Assembly: GCF_018350175.1 (NCBI RefSeq)
Contig: NC_058375.1
Coordinates: 36,642,001 to 36,706,000, forward strand
DNA from: Felis catus
Lineage: Eukaryota
Length of the DNA: 64,000 nt
Direction: 5' to 3'
Shown: positions 1 through 12,733 of the stretch, piece by piece
Position numbering within the stretch: position 1 is the stretch's first letter
How the letters are laid out: each line of letters opens with the position of its first letter
Notes under the pieces: model-generated
The model's input: only the letters and a program-made list of their open reading frames with translations
Database searches by the model: none
What the model was told of the DNA's origin: nothing
Position numbers and translations under genes: made by a program

Positions 1-818
1 GTGAAATTCTAAATTAGGTAATGTTGGGGCTAAGTAAAGGTACCTAAGGTGCTGGGGGTATGTATTCAAAATCAACATCTTTTCTTATTGTAAACAAAAA
101 AAAATGTAATTGGTCATCACATACACCAAGTGTGTAATATGGTAGTTACACTTAAAGTAGATTTATCAAATGTTAAAGATAGAAGGGAAGAACTCTCCAA
201 AATGACAAGCCCTTTCAGTTCAGTTCAACCAGACCCTTCATGGGCTAGACCTTGTGCTGAGTGCTCAGTAAAACACTATTCCTGTCCTTGATGAGCCCAC
301 CACTGAGTAAGAGGCTCAAGTGAAAAAGCAATAACAGTTTCATTGACCCCTATGCTTTCAAACTGGCTAACTCCCTGAGGCTGTAAGATCAGGGCAAGAT
401 AGCATCCTTTATTTACCCTCTCCATCAGGTTTCCTCTCCAACAAGTTCACTCTGTTTCCTAGCCTCTTCCTGACCTCCTGGACTTCTGAGTCTTAACTAC
501 ACACTCCTCACTGATTCTGTACTTATAGCATGGACTGCTGGCTTGTGTTCCCTAACCACAACTCAAATCTGTTCCTTGTCTTCTTTTTCAGGACAATGGA
601 GAAATCTGGCCCATTATCCTACCCTAACACAGGGCCTGTGGTTGGTGTTTCTCCTGAGTTCCCCCAGAAATCTGCAAACAAGAACCAGACAATACTATAC
701 CCATGAACCGCTCTCTCTTTGAAATCTCAACTCTAATGATGCTACTCTCTGACCTTCCTCCACCTCTTTTTTTTTTCAAGCACAGACATGAGGGAAAATA
801 ATTACCATCTAATACCAC

Positions 819-1916
819 TGTAGTGAGTTGAACAGTGGCCCCCAAAAATGATATATACAAATCCTAACCCTTCAGAAGCTCTGAATGTGACCTTATTTAG
901 GAAAAGTGTCTTTGCAGATATAAATTAAAGATTTTGAGACAAGGAGCTCCTGGGTGGCTCACTTAGTTGAGCATCAGACTCTTGATTTCGGCTCAGGTGA
1001 TGATCACACGGTTCATGGGATTGAGCCATGTGTCAGGCTCATGCTGAGTGTGGAGCCAGCTTGAGATTCTCTCTCTAACCCTCTGCCCCTCCCCAATTGG
1101 CTCACACACTCTTTACAATAAAATTAAAAATAAAAAAAGATTTTGAGGGGCACCTGGGTGGCTCAGTCAATTAAGCTTCCAACTTTTGGTTTCAGCTCAG
1201 GTCATGATCTCATGATTCATGAGTTCCAGCCTCGCATTGGGCTCTGTGCTGACATTACAGAGGCTGCTTGGGATTTTCTGCCTCCCTCTCTCCCTGACTC
1301 CCGCGCCCCCACCCCCCCCCACCCCCGCACACACTCTCTCTGAAAAAAATAAATGAACTTTAAAAAATGAAAAATAAATAAAAAAAGATTTTGAGATGAG
1401 AGCATCCTGGATTTAGGTGGGCCCTAGATCCAAAGGCAGGTGTCCTTATAATGAAAGGCAGAGGGGGCGCCTGGGTGGTTCAGTCAGTTGACCATCCAAC
1501 TCTTGATTTCGGCTTGGGTCATGATCTCTCAGTTGGTGGGATCAAGCCCCATGTCGGGCTCTGAGATGCCAGTGGGGAGGCTGCTTGGGATTCTCCCTCT
1601 CCCTCTCTGCCCCACCCCTGCGTGAGCATACACGCACGTGCTCTCTCTCTCTCAAAATAAATAAATAAACTTAAAAACAAACAAACAAACAAAAAAAGAA
1701 AGGCAGAGGAAGGTTTGAGACACAGACACAGAGGGGAAGGCAAGATGAAGACAAAGGCAGAGATTGGAGGGATACATCTACAAGCCAATAAACACCAACA
1801 ATTGCCTACAATCAGACTTTCAGACTTCTAACTTCCAAAACTGTGAGAGGATATCTGTTGCTTTAAGCCACCTGGTTTGTGGTAACTCATTATGGCTGCC
1901 CTAGGAAACTAATACA
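819..1916 (+). mobile_element. MaLR solo LTR (MLT1-like), interrupted by three SINEs (~943-1140, ~1147-1386, ~1464-1700)
   Basis: Begins TGTAGTGAGTTGAA..GGCCCCCAAAA and ends CTAGGAAACTAATACA (MLT1-type termini). LTR sequence resumes after each SINE with duplicated flanks (aagattttgag; gaaaggcagag). Confidence 0.75.
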
Positions 1917-3437
1917 CCCACCATAATTTAATTTTTTAAAACATTTTAATATCAAGATGTAGGGAGAATATAATTTCAAAATAAAAGAGCATCTTTCCCA
2001 GATAACTCTAAGTCACCTTAAACTAAACATGGTGCTGAAACTGATGAAATTTTGTCATAGACTAGCTCCAGTACTAGAAACCACAGTCCCAACCCCAAGG
2101 TAGATATTTGTAACCATTTTCTCCCAGTTCCTTTAACTGTGCCTCCCTTCTGTCCTTCCAAAGAAGTCATCCTGCCAAAGCCAAATCCCAGACCAAAACA
2201 AGAGTCCTCCGTCTGCTCTTATACACAGGCAGCTAGGCTTTGGTAAAGAAAAACCAAATTTACCGACTTCACTCTGGGCTGATCTCTGGTGATAACTGGG
2301 ATTCCTTTTGCTTATCCTGGATCTGCTTCCTCTGACATTCCAACCCTTCACTCCTCATCTCAAATGACTGCCCTCCATCCTCAGATCAGTAAATTTGAGC
2401 TGGCCTTTTACTCCACAGAGACCAACAGGCATAATGCCTTCCACCCCTTAAATCCCCTCCAGAGCCTATAAACTGGACCCATCCTTGCTTCCTCCTCTCT
2501 GAGGAGGCCTGTCTTTCCTCCAGTAGAAAGTTGATCACCCATTCTGGCCTCTGGATGCCACCCTCTTTAGCCTCCTAAAGTAACATTCTTGTCCATCTCC
2601 TATCTATCCAAATGCCTACTTTTGGATGTCCCCAAAATACCTCCAAAATCATCATATCTTAACTCCTTTTCTAGTTAGATGACAGGACCAGAAATACGGG
2701 CCAACAGAGAGAACAGCACGTGTAAAGGCCCAGAAGAGAGCATATGTCTCTTAAAGGCACTGAAAATTGTGCAGGCTGGTCTAAGATTGAAGAAGATGGT
2801 GAGCGATGAAGCTACAAGGTAAGCATAAAGAGTCTTGTAAACCAAGATAAGGCATGTGTGCTCAAAGCAAGGGAGAAAGGGGGTAAGGCATTGGACATTA
2901 AAGAGTTAAGCAGAGAAGTGGCACAGTCAGATTTGCACCTGAGAATCATCATAGATTGCATAGTAAACGGGGCAGACTCTGGGGGCATCTGGGTGGCTCA
3001 GTAGGTTAAGTGCCGACTCTTGATTTCAGCTCAGGTCAAGATCTCATGGTCATATGGGAGATCTTGTTGGGTTCTAAGCTGGGCGCTGGGCATGGAGCCT
3101 GCTTAAGGTTTGCACATGCNNNNNNNNNNNNNNNNNNNNNNNNNNNNNNNNNNNNNNNNNNNNNNNNNNNNNNNNNNNNNNNNNNNNNNNNNNNNNNNNN
3201 NNNNNNNNNNNNNNNNNNNNNNNNNNNNNNNNNNNNNNNNNNNNNNNNNNNNNNNNNNNNNNNNATAAAGGGGCAGACTCTAAAAACATTTGAAGACAAA
3301 ATACTATTGAAACAATGTAGGCAAAAAGGTGGAGAGCCCTGTGTATATCTGAGAGACATTTAGAGGATAGAAAAGGCCACACTTGATGAATGATTAGGTA
3401 ACCAGTATATCCCTATTCTAAAAAATAGATCACTGCA

Positions 3438-3655
3438 GGGGTGCCTGGGTGGCTCAGTCAGTTGAGTGTCTGACTTCGGCTCAGGTAATGATCTTACAGC
3501 TCGTGAGTTGGACCTCGCATTGGGCTCTGTGCTGACAGCTTGGAGACTGGAGCCTGATTCAGACTCTGTGTCTCCCTCTCTCTCTGCCCTTAACCCACTC
3601 TTATTCTGTCTCTGTATGTCTCAAAAATAAATAAACATTAAAAAAAATTTTTTTT
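3438..3655 (+). mobile_element. Carnivore/feline tRNA-derived SINE (CanSINE)
   Basis: GGGGTGCCTGGGTGGCTCAG head, (CT)n, A-rich tail, TSD aaatagatcactgca. Confidence 0.9.
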
Positions 3656-6021
3656 AAATAGATCACTGCAAAATGAGATTACAACCTTTCTGGTTGAGAA
3701 CCTTTCCCTTTATTGGTAGTATTCTCCTCTGCTTCTGCAGATGATTCACTCACTACCAGGACTCCATTGGGTGGATCAACCAGCCCCAAGAGCACTGTTT
3801 ATGGGTTAAGACCTAAGGGTGTGAGTGGATTAATGACCCAGGGTGGTTGGTCAATTGCCTCATTTTAATGGACACCTTTTAATACCTCTGCCCAGTTCAC
3901 CATGATATTCTTCTTCCCAATTTGTACATGACCTGCTTGCCCCTGTCCATAGTTGATGGGACACAGGCTGAATCAAAGTTTCTTTCATAAGTATTTTGGG
4001 GCATCTGGGTGGCTCAGTCGGTTAAGCATCCAACTTCAGCTCAGGTCATGATCTCACGGTTCATGAGTTTGAGCCCCTCATTGGCCTCTGTGCTGACAGT
4101 TCAGAGCCTAGAGCCTGCTTCGGGTTCTGTGTCCCCCTCTCTCTCTGCCCCTCCCCTGCTTGTGTTCTCTCTCTCTCAAAAATAAACATTAAAAAAATTT
4201 TTTTTAAGTATTTAGAATAATACCTCAAACAGGGACTGGTCTCTCCAGGGGTCTAGACCTATAGCATAGAATCTCTGGAGCTGACTGTGGCCACTCTACT
4301 ATGAGAGCTGAGTTCAAAGGAAATCAGTGTTCAGAAAGTGAAGAAAAATGAAGGAAATGCTCTGAAAGGGGTAGGGATGAGGAATGGAACGCAAGCAATG
4401 GTCAATCTCTTGAGTCTGTGGCTCCCTAATACCCAGCTTTGTCCCTGTCCCTGTTACAGGCTTACCTGTAACCTTTGCAGGGCCCAGAGCAAGAATGTAA
4501 ATGGAGGCTCACGTAAAATATGTCAAAATACTTGAAAGTTATAAATCAAGTTAACAAACAATTAAATAAAATATATTAAATCATCTTATCTTGACAAATA
4601 TACTTTCATACAAAGGTTCTGGAAGACCTTTTTTTGGAAGACCAGTTCAAATTCAGGATTCATGGGTCCTTAGAGTTCTGACAGATACAACATGGTAGTT
4701 GGGAGAGAGCAGACTCCCATCTCTTCCCACCCCTGGTTTCACCCTGCACTGTGAAGAGGGCCCTTGTGCATATGTCCAAGCCTCTCCCATCGATCCACAA
4801 ACAGCTATCCCTTTACCACCCCTGTGGTCTAAAGGTATTGACACTGACATTCCTGTCTATCCTTAGGAGAACAGATCCATGGAAAAGGCCCAATGCAGAT
4901 CTTGAAACAAGTTTCTTGCGGTCATTTGGGCACAATTCCAAGAGTATGATTAAGAAGAGGGAAGTAAGGGCTCTGGATGAATAAATTTCCTTGACTCCAC
5001 TGATTTCTCATTGTCTGAGGCTAGGGGGGCTTAGAGCCCTTTAGATCCTGTCCTGGGCCTCCTCTTTCCCAGGTCTATTAGGGGTTCCTTGTATGAATTC
5101 TTTGTTTAAACAGGGTCTGACTAGATACTACTACTTGCAACCCAAGAATCCTAACTAAGGCCATTACCTTTATCCTCTGAACCACTGTCCAGTTTTCTCA
5201 CTCCTTCCCGAAGGGGCCTGTAGTAGTGCCTGAGAGGGCTTTCTCATGAACCCTAATGCTTACCAAGTGGGCCAGAAACAGGGAAGCAGCTCTTTTCATA
5301 GGTTCTCCCACCAGTGGTAAGTTATTTTGATCAATCTCTGTGACTTCCTCTCCCTCTTTCAGGTCATACATTATACTTCCAGTTAGCCACTTTGAGTTTA
5401 ATGGGCAGCCCCAAATCCTAAAACAGCATTGTATTTCATTCTTGTCTTTTCTGGCACCACACTCAACATCATATTAGAGTTTATGGGCCTCGCCTCCCAT
5501 CTGATTTGGGAGTCCTCCAAAATGGGAAGGGTGTTCAAATGCTAGGCAGCCAAAAATGTCAAATTTCTGTATAACCCCATTAATCAGGACTTGAAGCCAT
5601 CTCCTTTGGAGGATGCTCTTGTCCTCTCCCTTGGGAAACTTTGAGCATTGTCTTTGGGGACAACCCCCATACACATATACTTGGCTTGGATCCTACCCAT
5701 CACTTCTCTCTCCAAACTCTACATTCATAGTTAGGGTAGTAATGATTTGCTCTGGACTATACAGTCAAATGCTACCATAATAAGCATGGTACCCAAGGCT
5801 TCCTGATAGACCTCTTTCAAATCCTGACTCTCAGTGGCCTAAGTATAGCTAGTGAAGAGAAAGCACCAGCCTGCTCACAGGCCTATAATAGCCAGTTGCC
5901 AGAAGCAACTAGCCTAGCACTGGGAAACAAATGAGCAAGTGAGGTGTATGTAGTCTAATACCTGACTCATGTGCTCTGTCTCAGAACTTACCTGTGATTT
6001 CCCACTTTTGATCCAGGAACT

Positions 6022-6209
6022 CTTTTTTTTTTTTTTTTTAAGTTTATTTATTTTGATAGAATGTGAGCAAGGGAGGGGCAGAGAGAGAGAATCCCAAGCA
6101 GGCTCGGCACTATCAGCTCAGAGCCCAATGCAGGGCTCTAACTCACAAACTGTGAGATCATGACCTGAGCCAAAACGCTTAACCAAATGCTCCACCCAGG
6201 CACCTGCCC
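6022..6209 (-). mobile_element. CanSINE inserted in the Gypsy RNase H remnant
   Basis: Reverse SINE with poly-T; flanks ccaggaa(c/t)tcttttttt duplicated. Confidence 0.85.
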
Positions 6210-6745
6210 CAGGAATTCTTTTTTTAATAGTGTTGTACCTCACTATTAGACAAAGTAACTTGACATCCCTGGAAGCAAAGTTAACAAAACTATAAACTCT
6301 CTCTCATCTTCATTTTTCTAACATAGTACCTACTCTGATGCCCTTAAAATTGATATCAATGCAGGTGATCAATTGCTAGGACAAGCCTGAACTGAGTAGC
6401 TCACCAAGGTTACCAAGGCCATGGACTCCAGCAAGGGGTCAAGGGAGTGAGAGAATTGATTTCCTTCTGGATTTTAAGCTGACTTCTAAATTGGTGCTCT
6501 GGGTCTGTCTTGATAATGCCGAGTTAGAAAACAAAAGATGTGTGTAGCCCTGGAAGAATTTTTCATAAACATTGTGAATATTACTAGTTTTCCATATTTG
6601 ATAGGGTGGGACTAGTTATTAATAATGGATATCTTCTCATGGCCTGTGTTTATCCCCATGTGATATTACATGCCATCCTCTTTTATTGAGATAAAAAAAA
6701 AATGACTCAAGTTGTAAAATCTCCCACATGGTCTAGTATCACCAT

Positions 6746-7228
6746 TGTAATAGCATGACTTTTTTAGGTATAAGTGACAGAAAACTAACTTAAACCAAAT
6801 AAAAGCATAGTCTTACTTGACAAACAGCTAAGTAAAGGTGCTCAAACAACATTATCAGGAACCAGATTCATTCTCATTTCTCATTCCCTCTGATGTTTCC
6901 CCAGGTGGTGCCAAGGATAGTCTCCAGCAGCTGCAGGCTACATTCCATCTGCTTAACAACCCCATCCAGCAGAGTGCAAGTTTCTCCACAGAATTGTGGA
7001 AAAATTCTGGGGGTTAAGTCTCATTGGCCTAGCGTGGGTCACATGCTCACGCCTGAACCAATCACGAGTCCAGTAAGATGGAATGTTCTAATTGGATGGG
7101 CCTAGGTCATGTGGCACCCTTAGAAGCAGAGCATGAGATCAGCTGCACCCAAGCTACATAGATTGAGAACTGGGGAGGAGGGGCATTTTCTCAGAGAAAA
7201 TATGGGCAGACCAAAAACACTTTACTGT
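6746..7228. mobile_element. MLT1-like LTR inserted in the Gypsy RT remnant
   Basis: MLT1-type motifs (aagtgacagaaaactaact; ctgaaccaatcac..tggatgggcctaggtcatgtg). RT-like peptide resumes on both sides. Confidence 0.6.
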
Positions 7229-10200
7229 TGAAGAGCCACTGTTTATGCTTTCTCAAGGTTTTGGAGAATTTACATATGTGTGTATATGCATAATGAATAT
7301 ATAAATATTACATATAAATGAGTAAATAAAACACTTCAGATAAATTCACATGACCAATCATGTTCTCCAGTAACCTCTGAGCAGTAACAGGAGTTACTGA
7401 AATGACCATCCCTTCATTTTGGTAGACCTACACAAAATAGATAAAATCCACCCTGTTTATGTCCTCCACAGTCATAGGGATTTTATAATACCTGCTCTGA
7501 CATCCAATGCTGGAAACAATGGACTCCATAGGAAGTGGCTAAGCCATCCTGTATAAGGAACACAGTGTGCTGGACTATTTTGGACTGTCTATTCAGAGCC
7601 AAGAAATACACACAAACCCAGATCCTACATGATTTTTTTTTCTTCACTATAACAAAAGGAAATCTATGGGGTATGAACCCCAAAGATGATGCAGTTAATC
7701 AGTAGGTCTTCAAAATGATCTAAAAAATCATCCATCTCAGACAACATAGGCTTCGTGCACTGTTTTCTAAAGAGCCTGGGTTTCCAACCTCTAGCTTTCA
7801 TTACTTACCCTCAGCCCAGTCAGTCTCCATTCTTGGAGAGGGAAAACTGTTCCTTAAAGCTTTAAGATAGAGGACCCAGAGTGGAAGCAGACAAGTTGGG
7901 AATTTTTTGGCTCTTCCTTGCCTTGATTTTCCTATGGCTTCCACATCTGAATGAGGGTAGAACATCCCAGATGCTCTGTCCCTGCATACTTCTGATAAAC
8001 ACTTTAAAGAGTCTAGACTTGATCCCTACCAATATACCTAACTCTCCTGAACACTGTGAGGGTCCAACATATAACTATAGATTTTTCACCTCTTCCCTTA
8101 TCTCCATAAGAACTGGAGCCCCACAATCAGTACTAAAACCACATCTGACCCATTTGATTTCTGTCATGGAGGGTGGCTTGGGTGCTTGCTACTTGTGAAT
8201 TCACCATCAAACAGAATTTATGACTTGATGCTTTTCTTGGCTGCCCCTCTTCCTAGGATTCTGCCTCCAGATGACAAAGATGGGATCTTCTAGGAGGCCT
8301 TGAGCCTCCTGTTTTGAGGGTTGAAAATAGCTCAAACTCCAAGAACATCTTCACTTCCTCTTTCCTTGATGCTCTTCAGCTTTAGGAATGCTATAGCCAG
8401 GATTTCTTCTTGGCCAAGAGCTCCTTCACCTCCAACTTCCTCCAGTGTTCTGCCTTTCAGAGGCTCAGAAGTGTCCATTATGATACCCTTTCTCTAAACC
8501 TATAGGGCCATCATTAGTGCTTTCATCTGTCCCATTTAGTCCTCATGTATGGTAGTCATTGGAGTCTTTGCTTGATATCTACAACCACCTCAGATGATTG
8601 AGTTTCCTTTACTCCAAGACTTGAGCTGCCTCCCATCCTCCTTTTCCCATGTTAGTTGGAAGAATCTAAAAGACCACTGTGAGTCTGGCAGCTGGAATTT
8701 TCCCCAAAGCCTTACCCTGGGACAACCCTAGTCCTTGCCTGTTACACAGGGGACCTGATTCCTACTGTTTGGATCTTTGGCTCCTATTTCCTCTACCTTC
8801 TATAAGAGTGTCTCCGCCCCCAATTCAAAAGCAGGTATCTCTTGTCACACTCTCTGATAGAGCAGAGGGGAAAAAATCTGAGCAACTCTGTGGTTATAAA
8901 CCCTCCAAACTGCTCAATTGGTTGGAACATTCAGTACTCGACCAACTGACACTGAAGCCTTGGTAGCCTTGAAAATGTCCCTGTCACTCAGACGTTCTGC
9001 TATCACTGCTCCACATCGGGTATCCACCACTCACAGCATCTCAGCAATGTGCCCAACCAAGAACACACTTTCCTCATGCCAGGGGTGGCCTTCCTCAAAA
9101 ATACTCCCAACTTTTGGATCCTCATAAACCTCTGTATTAACCAAATTGAGTTTCCTTTCACCCATCTCCAGTCACTAGGCCAATAATTCTGGTGGCAGCT
9201 GGGGCTCTTTCATTAGAGGAGAACTTGTAATCATATCCAAGACTGAAACTCTGTTCCCTATTATTTCCCCGAGACTGCAAACTAGTTAACATCTTTAGCA
9301 AACTTGAGGAGGGCTGTGTTCTCACCGCTCCTGAAGACCTCTTTGGGCCCTCTTTATCTGCTCAAAGACCTAACAGAAGTTCACACAGCCTCTTCAATTT
9401 CAGGTTTTTCATGGTTCTTTTTGAATCTCACAATTCATAGAGGCTTCTAGAAGTCTATATCTACCTCCGTGTGCAATTTTCTAGTGTTATCTTGGTCACT
9501 GTCCTAAACATTTAGTTGGCTTTATCTTTAGTAGTGATGAGTCCATGGTACAGATATAAACTTAAGTTAGATAAAAAGATACACAGATACAGATATACAG
9601 TAGCATGTAGAAATCCCAGATAGAACCCCCAAAGCATAACCCACATGTCTTCAGGTCATTTGCCTGTAAAAAAAAAATGAGATTATATTATTTAATAACT
9701 TTTTATACCAAAAGGTATAAACACCCATTTCCCTACTTATGGGAATTAACCCCACCTCAAAATGTCTTTCAGCTATTTCTGAGGGTCTCTCCAGGGCCCC
9801 TTGAGTCCTCAAGAATAAGTTCAAAAGCTAGTCATCTTGCCACCATACTTTTTCAGCTTTCGTGGCAGATGACTCCCAGGAGTCTCCAATAGTGGCCACA
9901 AGCAGGGACCCATTCTGGCCTCCAGGAGAAACAATGCATTCTATCTTGGCTGTTGCCACCTTTGCTGAAGGTGCTGGAATCTACTCTCTCGAGGCTGGTA
10001 TGACTTACTACTGCTGTCCTGATGCCACCTACCTTCCTCTTTCTCTCCTTCCCATTATGTTAGTTTCCTAAGATCTGGGTTATACAGCTTTACTCTCCCC
10101 GATATCTCGTTAGAATTGGATGTGGGAGTTGAGGAGGAAGGAAGAATGAGGGATACCTGTGCTCCCCTACCACTCAATCTTCACAGAGAGTGTACTATCA

Positions 10201-11729
10201 CTACTTTGCAATTATTCCATCACGTGTCTGTTTTTCTCTCTAGACCATAAACTCCTTATTTACCACAGTGCATGACTTACATTAGGCTCCTAGTCAGTGC
10301 TCACTGACTGAACAGAATACGATGGTAGCTGTACATGCAAAGTACTATGAGGTCACAGAGGAAGAAACAATTAACTTTCCCTGGAGAGGATGCAAAAAGC
10401 AGTACTTAAAGCTTGGTCTTGAAGGATAAATAAGCGTTCAAGAGGCAGATGAGAAAAAGGAAGAATAGAGGCTAAAGTGCTATAAGTCACCAAATAGCAT
10501 AGCAAACAAGACAGAAGTTTATTTGTCTGTCATGGAATAGTCTGGAGGTAGGCAAGTAGTCCAGGTCGAGTAGGACACTCTATCCAAATGCCCGGCTAAA
10601 AACTCAGGGAAATCCTATTACTCAAAGGAATGGGAGAATGGATCCAGCCCCACATTCTGACTTGAGAGGACAGACTATGCAAATCTCAAGAAAAGAACAG
10701 CTTGTTTGGAGAACAGAAAAGTTCAGGATGCCTGGAAAGTGGAGTGTGAGGGGCAGAAGAGCGGGAGATGAGGAGGAGGCACAGTGGTTTGATTGTGAAG
10801 GTCCACTATCTATCTCTTGCCTATCTTCTTGCCCATCTCCCCACACACACTCAGTCCTTTACATCAGCTTTGGTCTTTTCCCTGTCAGAGTCAGAGAGGT
10901 CTCAGGGAACCTCTATGTGGAATATTCTTTATCCCAGATCTTTACTGTAACCTTTCATCATTCAGGTCTCAGCTCAAATGTCACCTCCTCAAAGTGGCCT
11001 TCCATGAAGATGCTAGTCTAGCCAAAGTTGTTCCCTCCACATCAGCTTTTATTCCATTACTCTATTTTCATTTATTACTATCATTTAACAAACCTGAAAT
11101 AATGTTGCTTATTTTTGTTTATTGACTATATCTCCAGATAGAAAGTAAATTCTATGAAGTCAGATATATGGTTTGTATTTCTATATAACCAATACCTAGA
11201 ACACTGCTCCATAAATGTTTAACGAATGCACTTAGTTTAATTCCTTTGTTTTTTCTAAGTTTACTTATTTATTTTGAGAGAGAGAGAAAGAAAGCAGGAG
11301 AGGGCAGGGAGAGAGAGGGAAAGAGAGAGAGAATCCCAAGCAGGCTCCACACTATCAGCACAGAGCCCAACATGGGGCTCAGTCTCACAAACCATAAGAT
11401 CATGACCTGAGCAGAAATCAAGAGTTGAATGGGTAACCAACTGAGCCACCCAGGTGTCCCTCCTTTGTTATTTTTAATTGTGACTTAGAGAAGCTATGGG
11501 ATTTGCTTGAAGCCAAAGGTATCTCAGTGTCCTCTCAGTGCCCTTACATGTCTGAGTCACCAACTCTGTCACCCACTCTGTCACCCTCCAACTTTGACCC
11601 AAGATTCCCACCAAAATAATTGTTTTGGGTTTTAAGTATTTCATAATCTTGAATGTGTTCAGCATGCCAGAACACTTATCAGATACATAATTGTTCCAAA
11701 AGAATTCACCTTTAGGAATTTTATTTAAA

Positions 11730-12689
11730 ATGTGAGATTAGACAGTTTGGTGTTAGCAAAATTAGCATTGACACATAGATCAATGAAACAGAATAGTGAT
11801 CACAGAAATAGTCCCACACATATAAGCTCATTAACTTTTGACAAAAGTACAAAGGCAATTCAATGGAAAAAGGATAATCTTTTCAACAATGGTGCTAGAA
11901 CAATTAGAGGTCCACACACCAAAAAAAAATTTAAAAAAAGAACCCCAACACACACCTCACACCTTATATAAAAATTAACTCAAAATGGATAACAGGGGCT
12001 CCTGGGTAGTTCAGTTGGTTAAACGTCCGAATTTGGCTTAGGTCATGATCTCACAGCTTGTGGGTTCGAGCCCCACATCAGGCTCTCTGCTCTCAGCACA
12101 GAGTCCTCTTCAGATCCTCTGTCTCCCTCTCTCTGCTCCTACCCCACTTGCACTCTCTGTCTCTCAAAAATAAATAAACATTTTTAAAAAATGGATCATA
12201 GGGGCGCCTGGGTGGCGCAGTCGGTTAACCGTCCGACTTCAGCCAGGTCACGATCTCGCGGTCCGTGAGTTCGAGCCCCGCGTCAGGCTCTGGGCTGATG
12301 GCTCGGAGCCTGGAGCCTGTTTCCGATTCTGTGTCTCCCTCTCTCTCTGCCCCTCCCCCGTTCATGCTCTGTCTCTCTCTGTCCCAAAANNNNNNNNNNN
12401 NNNNNNNNNNNNNNNNNNNNNNNNNNNNNNNNNNNNNNNNNNNNNNNNNNNNNNNNNNNNNNNNNNNNNNNNNNNNNNNNNNNNNNNNNNNNNNNNNNNN
12501 NNNNNNNNNNNNNNNNNNNNNNNNNNNNTTAGAAATGACATAAAGTACAATCTATAAAATTAGAAAATTGATAAACTAGACTTCCTCAAAATTAAAATTT
12601 TCTGCTTGCAAAGGATAATGTTGAGAAAAAAAGAAAAGAGAAAATATTGGGAAATCACTTACCCAACAAAGGTCTTATATCTAAAGATT

Positions 12690-12733
<44 letters not shown>

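Larger units (their letters stand above)
5170..9499 (-). mobile_element. Ancient decayed Ty3/Gypsy LTR-retrotransposon internal region (MamGyp-like): PNMA-like gag, PR, RT, RNase H, IN; ends uncertain
   Basis: Minus-strand translation across stops and frameshifts. Gag: EIEEAV*TSVRSLSR*RGPKEVFRSGENTALLKFAKDVN (~9400-9280). PR: LFDG/SQV (~8200). RT: PRLFRKQ..DHFEDLL..IIFGVHTP/FPFVIVKKK..VCVYFLALNRQ..YYKIPMTVED..QRLLENMIGHVNLSEVFYL, FSKTLRKHKQW, GINTGHEKISIINN*SHP. RH: IDINFKGIRV..FASR..EFLDQKWEITGKF*D..SARLVASGNWL. IN: TPKSDG (~5500). Confidence 0.85.

Noticed and set aside
3010-3382. ORFs spanning N runs (also at 12.3, 15.1, 29.1 and 48.5 kb)
   Set aside because: Their length is an artefact of unknown bases.
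5170-9499. Possibility that the Gypsy/PNMA-like region is a functional domesticated gene
   Set aside because: Many stops and frameshifts, degenerate catalytic motifs and interrupting MLT1/SINE insertions.
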